From assembly GCA_964016885.1 (NCBI GenBank), contig OZ024741.1, positions 65,100,001 through 65,164,000 of the forward strand: a DNA stretch of 64,000 bases, given 5' to 3'. Position numbers and translations under genes: made by a program. Positions 11,709 to 24,125 of this stretch are shown piece by piece. The stretch is from Eledone cirrhosa (Eukaryota). How positions within the stretch are numbered: the first letter of the stretch is position 1; the number at the start of each line of letters is the position of its first letter. Below the pieces are notes generated by a model. That model made no database searches. It saw nothing but the letters and a program-made list of their open reading frames with translations, and was not told the DNA's origin.

Positions 11709-12582
11709 GGTGAAGACGATATTTGTTCGCAATTTTCAACTGCTAATTTTATGCAATTTTTTTTTACTTCCGTTGTCATTCTTGTCTTCATAAAAACAGT
11801 GACTATATTTCCATTATTTATTTTCAGAATAATTGATTATGAATAATTTTGAACCTCCAAATTTGTGGAAGAGACACAGAGTTCTTCTTGGAATCTGCGC
11901 TGGGAGGACAAATAAGGACCAGAAGATCAACTCCCAGAACAACAGGTGGCTCGCTGTCTCATCCAAAGACATGCCCAGAGTCATGCAGACAAAGTTTCCA
12001 GCGACAACATTGGTCTTAGGTGTCGTCAGCAGTCAAGGTGACGCCATGCCACCTCACTTCTTCCCCGAGGGCCTCAAGCTGAACACCGATGGCTACATCC
12101 GCGTTCTGAGCGAGGTAGCAAAGTCCTGGATTGGCCAGGTAGCTGCAGGTAGGCCGTACGTGTGGCAGCAAGACTCAGCGCCTTGCCATACCAGCCGAAA
12201 GACCCAAGCCTGGCTGTCAAAGAACTTCATCGACCACACTTCACCTGACATCTGGCCTTCCAGCTCGCCTTCTTTGTGTGGGGTGCAGTGGAACAAGACA
12301 CCAACAGATCTAGCTGCAATACGAAAGACGATCTGAAGGCCAGGATCACAAGTCCCTTTAGGGGCATAAGTCGGGGGACAGTGACAAAGGCCTGTAGCCG
12401 GTTCCGAGGTCGCCTTGAGGCCATCATCAAAGCCAATGGCGTGTTTATCGAGTGAGATCGAATGAACAAGTCATGAAGACAAACTGACCCAAGTTTGATA
12501 AATATATCTTAAAAAATAAAATTTCTGTGTTATTTTTTCCTAGACAGTAATAATCTTGCGAACAAATATCGTCCGCACCCTG
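11706..12582 (+). mobile_element. Tc1/mariner (maT/DD37D-like) transposon, internally deleted
   Basis: 27-bp TIRs CAGGGTG(AA/CG)GACGATATTTGTTCGCAA inside (TA)n. Transposase remnant NSQNNRWLA..VLGVVSSQG..WQQDSAPCH..WPSSSP lacks the N-terminal domain and the DLNPLD segment. Confidence 0.92.
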
Positions 12583-12803
12583 CATATATATATATATATA
12601 TCTCAATCTGATTAGTTCTATCGTTACTTTGGTATGTATTGTGTGTTAGTTTAGCCTACCACAATGTTCGATTTGTCGAGCTATTTAAACGTATGTTATA
12701 ACTCTAAGGCCCTATCTTATCGAGTGCTTTGCTAACTCATCACTTCATATAAGTAGGCCGAATTTACTTGCAAACCGCCAGAGATTCGATTTTACTGATT
12801 TCC

Positions 12804-12838
<35 letters not shown>

Positions 12839-12865
12839 CATAGATATATATTTATATATATATAT

Positions 12866-12898
<33 letters not shown>

Positions 12899-13759
12899 CA
12901 TAGACACAGGTATGTATAGCGAGATAGTTCAACAAGTATGTGTGTGTATATATGTAAAGAAAAGTATGTGCATTTATAATCATTTTCTTCTATTAATTCT
13001 ATTAAATTAATGTATGTATGTGTGTGTGAGCACGTGTATGGAATATGTCAGTCGGTTTGTGTTGTTGACATGCAATAATTTCTCTAAATGGTAATGTATA
13101 AAACATATACATATGTGTGTATATGTGCATGTGTAGGTGTGCATATATACACACCTACATACATATTTCAATATGTGAGTGTGTTTATAAATGTAGAGTG
13201 AGTGTGCGTATATGTTGTTTTTGTGTATGCTCTGTTTTCCCACTGACTATAAAAGGCTTTTGAGTCTATACATTTAAATGTGTGTCTGGGAGGAAATGAG
13301 AGTTCATATGGCAGAGAGGGAGAGGGGGAGAGCGTGAGAGTTGAGAGAGATGTTTTAAGCAAGCGTCATTGTTAAGAGTTATTGAATCCACATTATCATG
13401 TCTAAATCTATATTATCAATAGTGCATTGCTATGCATATGAGCATGTGTGTGTGTTGGTGTATGTATGTGTGAAGCAGTTTGTGTCATGACCAAACCTTA
13501 AGTGCTAATATTCTGAAGACAAATTCTGTTGAATTTTTAAACACACTGACTCGTATGTGTATATGTGTGTGCGTCTGTGTGTGTGCATATGCATTCATTT
13601 ATATGTATGAGTATATAAATATCAATGCACAAACACAGACACACTCACAGACATACATTCACACAAACACACACATACATTCACACAAACACACATAGTG
13701 TAGTAAATAGAATGCCAGCCGCTGTTTTGTTATAGTTTTTTCACTATTCTCATCCTTCC

Positions 13760-13796
<37 letters not shown>

Positions 13797-13879
13797 TACA
13801 TTCACACAAACACATATTGTGTGATGGACGGAAGATGCTCAAATTTATGTATAGATAAATGAATAAAATATATAAATCA

Positions 13880-14098
13880 TTAACCCTTTAGCATTTAAAC
13901 CGGCCAGAATTCTCTCACCCCTTTCTGTTCAAACTGGCTGTAACTGGCCGCTCACACTGATGTTAAGGTATTGTTCTGAAAATAAATAATATCGAAATCC
14001 CATAGACTTGATATCATGTGAGATAATTATGTGCGGTAAAGATTTTACCATGAAAATATAATAGTAAATATAGAGTAATGTAAATGTGAAAGGGTTAA
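13880..14098. mobile_element. piggyBac-like MITE family A
   Basis: TTAA-CCCTTTAGCATTTAAAC ... AAAGGG-TTAA. Confidence 0.85.
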
Positions 14099-14822
14099 TA
14101 CATAAAATAGTTTGTTTTGTCATTGTTTTTTTTCTTCCAGGTGCAGCAGATTGTCAGAATCATTATAGCATTGGACAAAATGTTTTGTAAACATTTGGTC
14201 ACAGCTCTTTATGTTCTAAGTTGAAATCCTGTTTAAATCAACTTCACCTTTTAGCTGGTCTAGTGCCTAAATTAGAAATCATCATTTTTTTTAAACTTCT
14301 TTTTCAGTAGTTTCCCTTGAATATTTTCTGCTTTCAAGTCAAATAAGTGTGTTTGCAGAGGTAGTAGTAGTAATGGTGAAAAGGGGAATAAAAAGTGAGG
14401 AATGGAGCTTTCTAGAAGTAAAGATCAACTATTCTTTGTTGTTATATTCAGTAATGTAAACTCTGGATTGTAGTGTCATAGATTTAGCTATCCTTTTTCA
14501 AACAGTGTATCAGGGACTACATTATCCAATGTGTTCTTCCTTTTTAAAGATGATATTATGTGCTATGAGGGCAATGTGCTGGCTATTTCCAGCAGGTTGT
14601 GTTATGATATTGTTCTCTTCTTTTTTTGTTTAGCATTAGTTCGATGTTTGATAAGCTGTATCAGTTCATCTGAAATAATTGTTTTTAGAATAGGAACATC
14701 ATATCTCTGTGTGTCATGTCAGAGTTAACTAAAAGAGTTGGCATCAGTTAGAGAATCATGCATTAAAATATTGTCCCAAAACAATCTGTCCAACCCATGC
14801 TAGCATGGAAAAGTGTTTCTCC

Positions 14823-15038
14823 TTAACCCTTTAGCATTTACATTACTCTATATTTACTATTTTATTTTCACAGTAAACACTTTATCTCACATAATATCGA
14901 ATCTATGAGATTTTGATATTATTTATTTTGAGAACAATACCTTAACATCAATATGAGTGGCTGGTTGCAGCCAGTTTCAACAGAATGAGGTGAGAGAATT
15001 CTGGGCATAAATGGTTAGTTTAAATGCTAAAGGGTTAA
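14823..15038. mobile_element. piggyBac-like MITE family A (opposite orientation)
   Basis: TTAA-CCCTTTAGCATTTA ... TAAATGCTAAAGGG-TTAA. Confidence 0.88.
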
Positions 15039-15517
15039 ACTTAAAAAAAGGAAGGACATATTGGATGATGTAATCATAGCTACACTATATATCAAGACAA
15101 CATGGTCATGGTTGGAATGACTTTGATTATAGGTTGGTCCAAGGCTTGGGGCTAAACAACAATAACTCTTTTATCAGAATGGGATTTAAGAGGCATTTGT
15201 CATTGCACCAAACATCAATTTCTGTTTGACCTATTTATGTAAGTAAATAAGTTAGAAGAATCAAATGCCTTCTCCACTATTCCAAATATGTATGAGCAAT
15301 ATAGTTCAGAGGGGGACTTATTTGTATCCATTATCAGAGATCAACAGCAGTTTAGGAGTGATAAGTACTTTTTATTGTCTCTATAGATTTAGACCACAAA
15401 CAGTACTAAAATAGTTTTATGAATTTGATGGGACACTATATATATATATATAAATATTCTTTGCATCTCTGTATTTTTCTCATTTATTCTTGAACTATAT
15501 GTGTATGTATGTGTGTG

Positions 15518-15566
<49 letters not shown>

Positions 15567-15586
15567 CAAGAATAAACCAGAAAAGC

Positions 15587-15674
<88 letters not shown>

Positions 15675-16047
15675 GTTATTGTGAAACTACATTAGTTTAT
15701 CTATGTATATGTTACATAAGTAGGAACAACCAATATACAACATACTGTTAGTTCTAATGAATAAATGATTGTTATGAGTCAGTGGTTTGATAACACTGAA
15801 AGAAAGCTGGATGCTAAAGTGGTTGTCTAAAAGGATTATTCCTGGTTACTGGCTAACTGAAAATCAGAAAGGAAGGTGTTGGTTTACTAGTAAAAAGATG
15901 GAGTCAATAAGGTACTCTTTATATCAGAGATCACCTGCATTCAACAAAAATTTTGCCTGTATATAAATTTGAATTTGTGAACCAACAAAGTCTCAAAGAA
16001 GCATTATGATCAAAAACAATTTAACCCCTTCATTACCATATCTCCAT

Positions 16048-16212
16048 AGGCGGCAAATTCGCAGATCTCGTTAGAACGTTGGATAGAATGTTTTGCAATA
16101 TTTGTTCTGGCTTCTTGTGCTCGGAGTTCAAAACCTGCTGCCATTGTCAACTATGCCTTTCATCCTTTTGAGGTCGATAAAAAAGACGTACTTTTCCAGT
16201 ACTGGGATCAAT
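16048..16212 (+). mobile_element. SINE family 1, older subfamily
   Basis: ggcggcaaattcgcagatctcgttagaac...gagttcaaa...tgcctttcatccttttgaggtcgataaaa, nested in a split family-B MITE (16021-17150). Confidence 0.65.
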
Positions 16213-16889
16213 TCTTCTTCTATATCTCTTTCTCACTTCCTTTTTAACACTCTCTCTCTTTTTCTAGAAGAAATTGGCTGGGTTCAGACCTGGAGAGGGG
16301 ATGGGCTTCTCCATGTTTAAAATGACCCAGACCTGCTGTATACCAATATTGGCGCCCCTACAACTTCATACATACATACTTACAACATATTTCTAATGTA
16401 AGACACTGCCTATGATCCATTTTGTATGTGTGAATGTATGTGTAAAGCAATATTTGCTTTATTGAACATATAACATCGTATCACTTTACACAAAACAGCT
16501 GTTTGGATGTGAGTATGTGTTTGTGTTTGTCAGGTGATTTGGTATCAATAGGGTCATGCCTTATATAAAAATAGCTAAGTTAATATAACCATATATCTAT
16601 AAATTTGTAAAATTGATTTGTTTTGTTTATTTTTCAGCACTGGTTTACACCTGAATTGGTTCTGGCTTCTTGTGCTCTCAGTTCAAAACCTTCCATCTTT
16701 TAAAGGTTGATTAAAAAAAAAAAGTACTATTCCAGTACTGGGATCGTTATCATATTTCTATACTTTATATTTTAATTAATGAAGAATTTGGAAAGGATTT
16801 ACAAAAATTATAATTTTATTAAGATTATATTTGAAACATAACAAAATGTTCTTATATACAATTATATTGGAAAGTTTTTATTTAAGTAG

Positions 16890-17078
16890 GAAACACTGTA
16901 AATGTGATTGGTGTTAGGAAGGGCATCCAGCTGTAAAATCCCCGGCCAAATTTACAGCCCTCATCGGAGCAAGGCACAGCATAGCCAATTCTGGCCAGAT
17001 TTGTCTCTTGCTGTGGATAACCCGTCTAACCCATGCAAGCATGGCAATATGGATGCTAAACGATGACAATGATGATGA
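16890..17078 (+). mobile_element. RTE-related 3' tail fragment
   Basis: acactgtaaatgtgattggtgttaggaagggcatccagctg...cccatgcaagcatgg...gatgatg. Confidence 0.75.
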
Positions 17079-18049
17079 ACTCTCTAAAATGGGTGGTTTT
17101 GTTTCATAGAACCAGAGGTGATATGGGTTTGGTTGATATCAAAAGGGTTGAATACTTGCAAGTCTCCCTGATACTAGAAAGGTTCCCCCATTTATACTGT
17201 AGCTAAATCTCCTTCAAATTAACAGCTATCATCTTGAAAAGGGAGAGAGATATTGAATAATGTAGTCATAGATACAAAATATTTGAAAGAAAGATGAGAT
17301 AGTGATATCTGGAATAGCTTTGATCATAAATTTGCTCCTTGTTCATGACTGATCAGAGGCTTAATGATGATAGATCTATGTTGGTTTCAATGCTGTATAT
17401 ACCAGTTGTTTGACCAATAGAAGAGCCTGCTTGTGAAATTAAGTTAGCTGAGCATTCCACAGACACATGTACCTTTAACATAATTGTCAGGGAGATTCAC
17501 ATACAATGTGTGACAAGGCCAGCCCTTTCAATTATAGGTACAGCCCATCTGACAGGATTCTAAATAGATTCTGTTTACCCAATTTCACTCACAAGGCATG
17601 GGTTAACCCAAGGTTATAATAAATGACACATGCCAAAGATGCCATGCAATAGGATTGAACCTGGGACCCAATGATTATGAAGCAAACTTCTTAACCATTT
17701 GGATGTGCTGTGTCCAGAGACTTATACATTATCCTGCATGGTTATGTTGATTTTTGACAACACTACTACCACCATCACAACAAACAACAACCACCACCAC
17801 TAACTATGATCAGTAACAATATTGACCACCACCACCACCATTTTATCAAACTATGTTAGGTGTAAATAGGGATGACAGTTAGTTACCACTAGCATCAAAA
17901 GTTTTGTCACCACTTTCTTACTACTTACTATGTAAGGTACATCTTGACATACATTCTGCTACCACCATCACCACCACTACACCATAGATTTCAAATTACA
18001 AATGGAGAGTAAGAGAAAGACAGTAAAATGGGGGAGAAATGTGTGAGTG

Positions 18050-18063
18050 AGAGAAAGTGAGCT

Positions 18064-18115
<52 letters not shown>

Positions 18116-18180
18116 AATTGGAGAGAGAGAGTCAAAAACAGAGATTGAGATAGAGTGAGCTGGACATAGAGAGAGTTAGT
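18050..18180. repeat. (GA)n microsatellite
   Basis: Seen directly in the sequence. Confidence 0.9.
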
Positions 18181-18609
18181 GTGAAAGTAGTGTAAGCTTA
18201 CTCCACTCCAGTATTGACTGTTACTATGCTTGAGGTATTTGTTTATTAAAGCTGAATGTAGTTTGATAGACAGGTGTGTACACTGTACTGTGATGTGTGA
18301 CCTTAAACAACACATCATCACCCCACCTACCTACCTATCTACCAACCCACCTACTTATCTACCAACCAATGTATTGACCTACCAACTTAACCATCCTACC
18401 TATTTACATATCTACCAACCTACCTACCTTCATACCAACAATTTTGTATCATAGTATAAGAGGTAGTTTCAGGCAATTTGGTATCAAAAGGGTTAATGTG
18501 ATGCAATTATACTTTTCAAGAATGCCTAAAGTTAAATGCTTTGAAGTATTTGTACTGGTTTTCAATGCTATGTGTAAAAGTCTCACAATATACTGTGAAG
18601 CCGATACCA

Positions 18610-19020
18610 CATTGTAGCATCATTGACATTTTGAACTCTATCAGTTCTTCCTGCACATCTTCGCAATCAGTTACTTGGACTTTAATCTTTTGCACACTCT
18701 AGGTGCTTTATGTTGCCAGTAGAGTAATCTCCCCTTAATATGTAACGCAGTGTCAAGGGAAGCAATTTATAAAAATTTCTAGTGAGCTCAAGATTAAATG
18801 GGTTGTTAAACCATCCTGGAACAGGCAACACAATAATATCCAGAAATCGCTGTACCATGTCATCATGCAATGATTGCAAATAATCGCAATATGTTATGAC
18901 ATCCTCATCAACCAATTCATCTTTCAAGCTATTCCATCGTCGAAATTGGTTAATTTAAAAATGAAGGCAGTGATGGATGATTTACAGTTGACAAGTGTTT
19001 TTTGTTTACCTTGCTTGCGG
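18610..19020 (-). pseudogene. hAT (Charlie/Buster-type) transposase fragment
   Basis: QGKQKTLVNCKSSITAFIFKL..DEDVITYCDYLQSLHDDMVQRFLDI..WFNNPF..VQEELIEF, with frameshifts. Confidence 0.75.
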
Positions 19021-19059
19021 TATCATCAAAACATATCTTAACCCTATCTATGGAAAGAC

Positions 19060-19306
19060 TTAATCCTTTAGTATTTAAACCAGTCATATCTGTCCAGAAT
19101 TCTCTCACCTCTTTCTTTTCAAACCAGCCATATCCGTCCAGAATTCTCTCATGTATTTCTGTTCAAACCAGCTGTAACTGGCTGCTCATACTTATGTTAA
19201 AATAAATAATATCAAAATCTCATAGATTCAATATTAGGTGAGATAATTATGTGAGGTAAAGTGTTTACTTTGAAAATACAATAGTAAATATAGAGTAAAG
19301 GGCTAA
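19060..19306. mobile_element. piggyBac-like MITE family A
   Basis: Homologous to 13880-14098, with a short internal duplication. Confidence 0.75.
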
Positions 19307-19802
19307 TGTTCATTTTGCTTGTCTTCCCAACGTCCTACTTGGTAAAAGCTGGCTTCAGCCAAGTTAATATCTCGTCGTCTGAAAGTAGAATTAGGCTGGA
19401 TATAAACAAGCAAAGTGACTTGCATTTAAATATGACTAATTTTAAACCGAGTGTTTGCACTAGCTATAATTGCACCAGACATAGGGGTTGCATTGATGAT
19501 ATAGAAACATGGTATATGTGTATGCCAAAATATTTGATGTTACTACTTTTTACATAAAGAATCTTGAAATGCAAAAATTGTTCATTTTTATTGTTTGAAA
19601 GAGTTTAAAAAATTGTAACAGTTTGTTACTGGTTTGTAAACTAACTTTAAATGACGGTTTTACTTTTTACTGTCCAGAAAAGTATCTACCAGGAAATCTA
19701 CCCATCTTGAATTTATGCTTTTAAATATTAACTACAGGTGGGCGGTGGAAAATGTTTCCATGTGAAAGTGGGCAATGATGCAAAAAAAGTTGGGTCACCC
19801 TG
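19306..19802 (+). mobile_element. hAT transposon 3' end (dimerisation domain, UTR and TIR)
   Basis: LLVFPTSYLVKAGFS...RLDINKQSDLHL (hATC-like). Ends in TIR AAAAGTTGGGTCACCCTG followed by ATCTAAAA. Confidence 0.8.
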
Positions 19803-20329
19803 ATCTAAAACAAAATCTACTCTTTTACAAGTCAGCAAATCAGGACTCCATTTTTAGGATATCTCTATTTCAAAATACTGGCAACATGACCTATCATTTC
19901 ATCTTCACTTTCCCCTAACAGCCTCCAGAGGTTTCACAAAGGTCAAGGCGTGGGCCCTTCTTCTTCTGACTAAGTAGTAAGAAAATAAAAATTGTACTAT
20001 TTCACATGTACTGCTCTTTAAAAGAAGCATCTGTGATAATTTGACACCCTTTATTCCAAATGCTTCATATATGTAAAATTGGGATAGCTTCCAACTCTAA
20101 AAGTCTACCACAAATACTTGAAGAATTAGATAAGCATATAAATATGGAAAAAAAAAATTGAATCAAACAAATAAAGAGGTAGACAGAGTGTTAGTGAAGT
20201 AAGTGTATAGTAGTAATATTTAGATTAACTATAGTTTTATATTTCTCTGTATGAGTGAACATCGCAGTAATACAGAAGGAAGAAGTTATGGAAGAGACAG
20301 TTGAGCACTATCAAACTATTACAACCTAC

Positions 20330-20655
20330 AACTAGTACCACTGACATCTACCATCAATACTTCCTTATCCACTCTTTCATCATCAACACTACTGAACTTA
20401 ACTCCACCACCACAACCACCATCATCAGCAACACTACTGACCTTAACTCCGTCACCACCACCACCACCACCACCACCATCACCACCATCACCATCAGCAC
20501 TGCTGAACTTAACTCCACCATCACAACCACCATCATCAGCAACAATACTGAACTTAACTCCATCATCACCATCACTACTGCTACCACCACCACCACCATC
20601 ATCATCATCAGCACTACTAAACCACCACTGCTGCCACCACCACCACCACCATCAT
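20330..20655. repeat. (CAC/CAT)-rich cryptic repeat
   Basis: actgaacttaactcc..accaccatc repeated about 4 times among ACC triplets. Confidence 0.85.
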
Positions 20656-21078
20656 GGAGTAATTAATTACATTTAGTTGGCATCATGGATGGATTAGTCA
20701 TTAAATAATATAAGTACATGTTTAGGGCATCAAGGGAAGTGGGGCACCCTCTTTTGGGTTTTTTTTTCAAATTAAATGTATTTGTCACTAAAGGAAAAAA
20801 AAAACACTCAGGCTTTATATATTGAGGGTCACCACAATCTTTTAAGTGCTGAAGGCCTCAAAAAAGGTTTGATCAAGGTTGTGATTGCCATAAGTAAAAT
20901 ACCAGGACAGTATAAATAAATAAAACCATGTGGTATTTGGTTACACCTCTTTATACTTTTACTTGATTTTCTAATCATGAAGCTTTACAGGAACACAATG
21001 AAATAAGTATCAGGAAACATTGTAATGTACCAGGAGCAATATAACCAACTAAAATACTTGAAGGCAGTACCCAATGTG

Positions 21079-21124
<46 letters not shown>

Positions 21125-21130
21125 TATATG

Positions 21131-21512
21131 TGAAAAGATTCAGGATCCCAACGGCTGAGCTCCGGTCTTTTCGACAGCTAGATCGGAATTCCGTTCGGAT
21201 CTAGCTGTTGAAATGGCCGGAGCTCAGCCATCAGGATCCTGAATCTTTTCATATTACCCACTCTACTACCCCAAGTATCGAGTACTCTGTTGGGTTATGT
21301 TCTCGCTGGTTTTTACCACACCCTGTCTGATAATATATATATATGAATGAGTCAAACCCCGGCGGCTGAGCTCTTGCTGTTTCAACAGCTAGCTGTTGAA
21401 ATTCAGCTGTCGGGGTCTTGACTCATTCATATAACCATACTCTACTACCCCAAGCATCGAGTACTCTGGTGAGTAATGGTCTAACCAGTTTCTAACTGAA
21501 TCCATCCTGATT
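21131..21512 (+). mobile_element. Two adjacent Penelope-like terminal fragments, each with a 5' fold-back
   Basis: Hairpins 21131-21251 and 21341-21430, each followed by actctactaccccaag(t/c)atcgagtactct and (TA)n. Related to 8447-8620. Confidence 0.7.
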
Positions 21513-21644
21513 TATATATATATATATATAGTTGGTTCTGGAGATTCGTGATTTACTGAGGAAGGTACCAAAATCAGCACTCTATGCTGATGCAGAGTGT
21601 ATATATTGAAAACAAATCAAGGTTTCACATTAAGGTCTTTATTG

Positions 21645-21730
21645 AGTATACAACCATTTCACAGATGGGTGGCTCAGGATCTATATAAATGCTATAGACC
21701 TGACTCCAGACCGATCTGCTCATCAGACTT
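21645..21730 (-). ncRNA. Hammerhead-like motif with extended helix II, in a Penelope-like terminal repeat (21531-21740)
   Basis: Minus strand reads CTGATGA-GCAGAT...TCAGGTCTATA/TATAGATCCTGA...ATCTGT-GAAA-TGGTT-GTA, then AATAAA and GCATAGAGTGCT. Helices I and III are imperfect. Confidence 0.55.
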
Positions 21731-22084
21731 GTTAATCCAGCAAACCCACAATCTAAAAGGTTAACTTTGCCTTTCATCCCTACGGGGTCGATAAAATAAG
21801 GTACAAGTAATGCACTGGGGTAATTGCTGGCCTTGTGCCAAAAGTAGAAACAATTATTAAGTGAGTGTTTGGAACAGAACTTAAAGTTTCTTTCATAAAA
21901 TTATAATAGAAGGTTTTTAAATAAATAAAAACACTTTAAAATATAGTTTTATTCCATAGAACCAGATGTGGTTTCAGGCAGTTTGCTATCAAATGGGTTA
22001 AGCAAATGAAAGTTAAAATCTTCCTTAGATATCTATCCCAGATGATAAGAACAAGTTAGATTGGAATTGTCAAGAGAATGTACT

Positions 22085-22390
22085 AGTGGAGATGTTGGTG
22101 GTGGTCAAGATTATGATGCTAGTGCTGGTTGTAGTTGTGGTAGTGGTGGTTATAATGCTGATTGTAGTTGTGTTTGTGGTGGAGATATTATTGGTAGTTG
22201 TGATAGTAGTAGTAGTAGTGGTGGTGGTGGTTGGGATAAAGGTAGTTGCAGTGGTGGTGGTAGTTGTGATAGCAATGTTGGTAGTGGTTGTGGTTGGGAT
22301 AAAGGTAGTGGTGGTGGTAGTTGTAACGGTTATTTTGGTTGTACTGATGCTGGAGGTTGCAATGGTGATGGCTATAATTGTAATGAAGTG
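22085..22390. repeat. (GGT/AGT)-rich low-complexity repeat
   Basis: Seen directly in the sequence. Confidence 0.85.
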
Positions 22391-22995
22391 AAACTTTAAC
22401 TGGTGCAGGCATTTTTATTGGTAGCTTCACCCTCCGAAAGTATAACCATATATATATATGAGGTTAATAAAAAATGTAGGAAACCCATATGCAGAAAATA
22501 ACTGTAAATACAGTTGGTTGCAATAAAAACTTTTAAGTCCAAAACAACCATGTGCAATCATCCCATTACAAATAAATATTTTGTTACCATTCTGAGACAG
22601 CTTTGCATCCTTATACATTCAAATCATATCTTACTGAGTGAGTAATTGGGACCAACTGAGAATATAGTGAATGTATTTCCTATAACATTGTTACTATAGA
22701 GTGTACATAGAGAGAGAGTTACACAACCAATAAGCAAACCATACTCAGTAACCCATGTATGACTGGTGAGAACAGAAGTGTATATGAGCTGACTGGATAT
22801 ATATATATATATATATATATATCATCATCATCATCGTTTTACGTCCGTTCTTCCATGCTAGCATGGGTTAGACGGGTTGTCTTATTGTGGGCAGTGTCCG
22901 GTCGGCTGACCTTGCCTTGCTCTTATATATATATATAGTTGTTGTATGGTTGCAATAATTGTGTCCGTAGGCGGTATATAATATATATATATAGC

Positions 22996-24125
22996 TTATG
23001 TCCCAAATGCAAAGTATGGGTGCATAAAAGATGTAGTGGGATCACAGGTAAGCTATCTAAGAACGTAGATTTTATATGTGGCCGGTGCTCAGGTGCAATA
23101 AGTAGCAAGCGCCCACAGGATACTTTTATTGCCCAGATGGCTCTATAGAAATAGTAGACACCTTCCATTACCTGGGTGACAAAATCAGCAATGGTGGAGG
23201 GTGCTCAGAAAGTACAGTAGCCAGAGTCAGAACGGGATGGAAAAAGTTCAGAGAGCTTATACCATTATTGGCCGCTAAAGGTTTCTCTCTAAAAATGAAA
23301 GGCAGACTGTATGATGCCTGCATACGAACAGCAATGTTACATGGCAGTGAGACATGGGCATTGTGTGCAGAGGACCTGCGCAGACTGGAGAGAAACAAAG
23401 CATGCATGCTTCGCTGGATGTGTAATAGTAATATACGTGACCAGCAAAGCATAAATTAACTAAGTGAGAAATTAGGAATAAGAGGGATCAGATGCTGTTT
23501 ACTTGAGAGAAGACTACGTTGGTATGGTCACGTGATGCGCATGAAAGACGACAACTGTATAAAAAAAGTGCAGGGCGATCAAAATAGACGGTAGCCACGG
23601 AGTGGGCAGACCCAGAAAAACCTGGGACGATTTGATAAATTCCGACCTCACACCCTTACACCTCTCTAAGACAATGTCACTGGACCGAGATCTTTGGCGC
23701 CATGCAGTAATACAGAAGACCCGCCTTGCCTAAGTACAAAGCGAAACCTACAGTCAGTAGGCACCTCTTAATCAAATATACACACCCCCTCCCACTACCC
23801 CAACTCCCCCGCTCCCATCAACACCACCCCTTTCTCTGTAAAGTTATGTTGGTTCCACAACATCCAGTCCTAAATAAATGAGGTCATGTAGGTGTCACGA
23901 CAAAAAAACACACAGTCCACACTGTAATGCGGCCGTGTAGGTAATACGGTAAAAACCTCCCAGTCCACACTGTAAACGTGGTTGGTGTTAGGAAGGGCAT
24001 CCAGCCGTAGAAAGCCCGCCAGACAATCCCATATGAGCGAGACGACCAATCTTGCCTCAAGTGGGAAAATTTCCGTCCAAACCCATGCTAGCGTGGAAGA
24101 TGGACGTTAAACGATGATGATGATA
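22996..24125 (+). mobile_element. RTE-clade LINE 3' fragment (disrupted)
   Basis: Closely matches 42715-43886 (CPKCKVWVHKRC..MLHGSETW..GRPRKTW), with an in-frame stop and frameshifts, and a (GAT)n tail. Confidence 0.93.

Noticed and set aside
20301-22430. Thr-rich and Gly/Cys-rich ORFs as mucin or keratin-associated-like genes
   Set aside because: They are trinucleotide low-complexity tracts open in several frames and on both strands, with no splice or start context.
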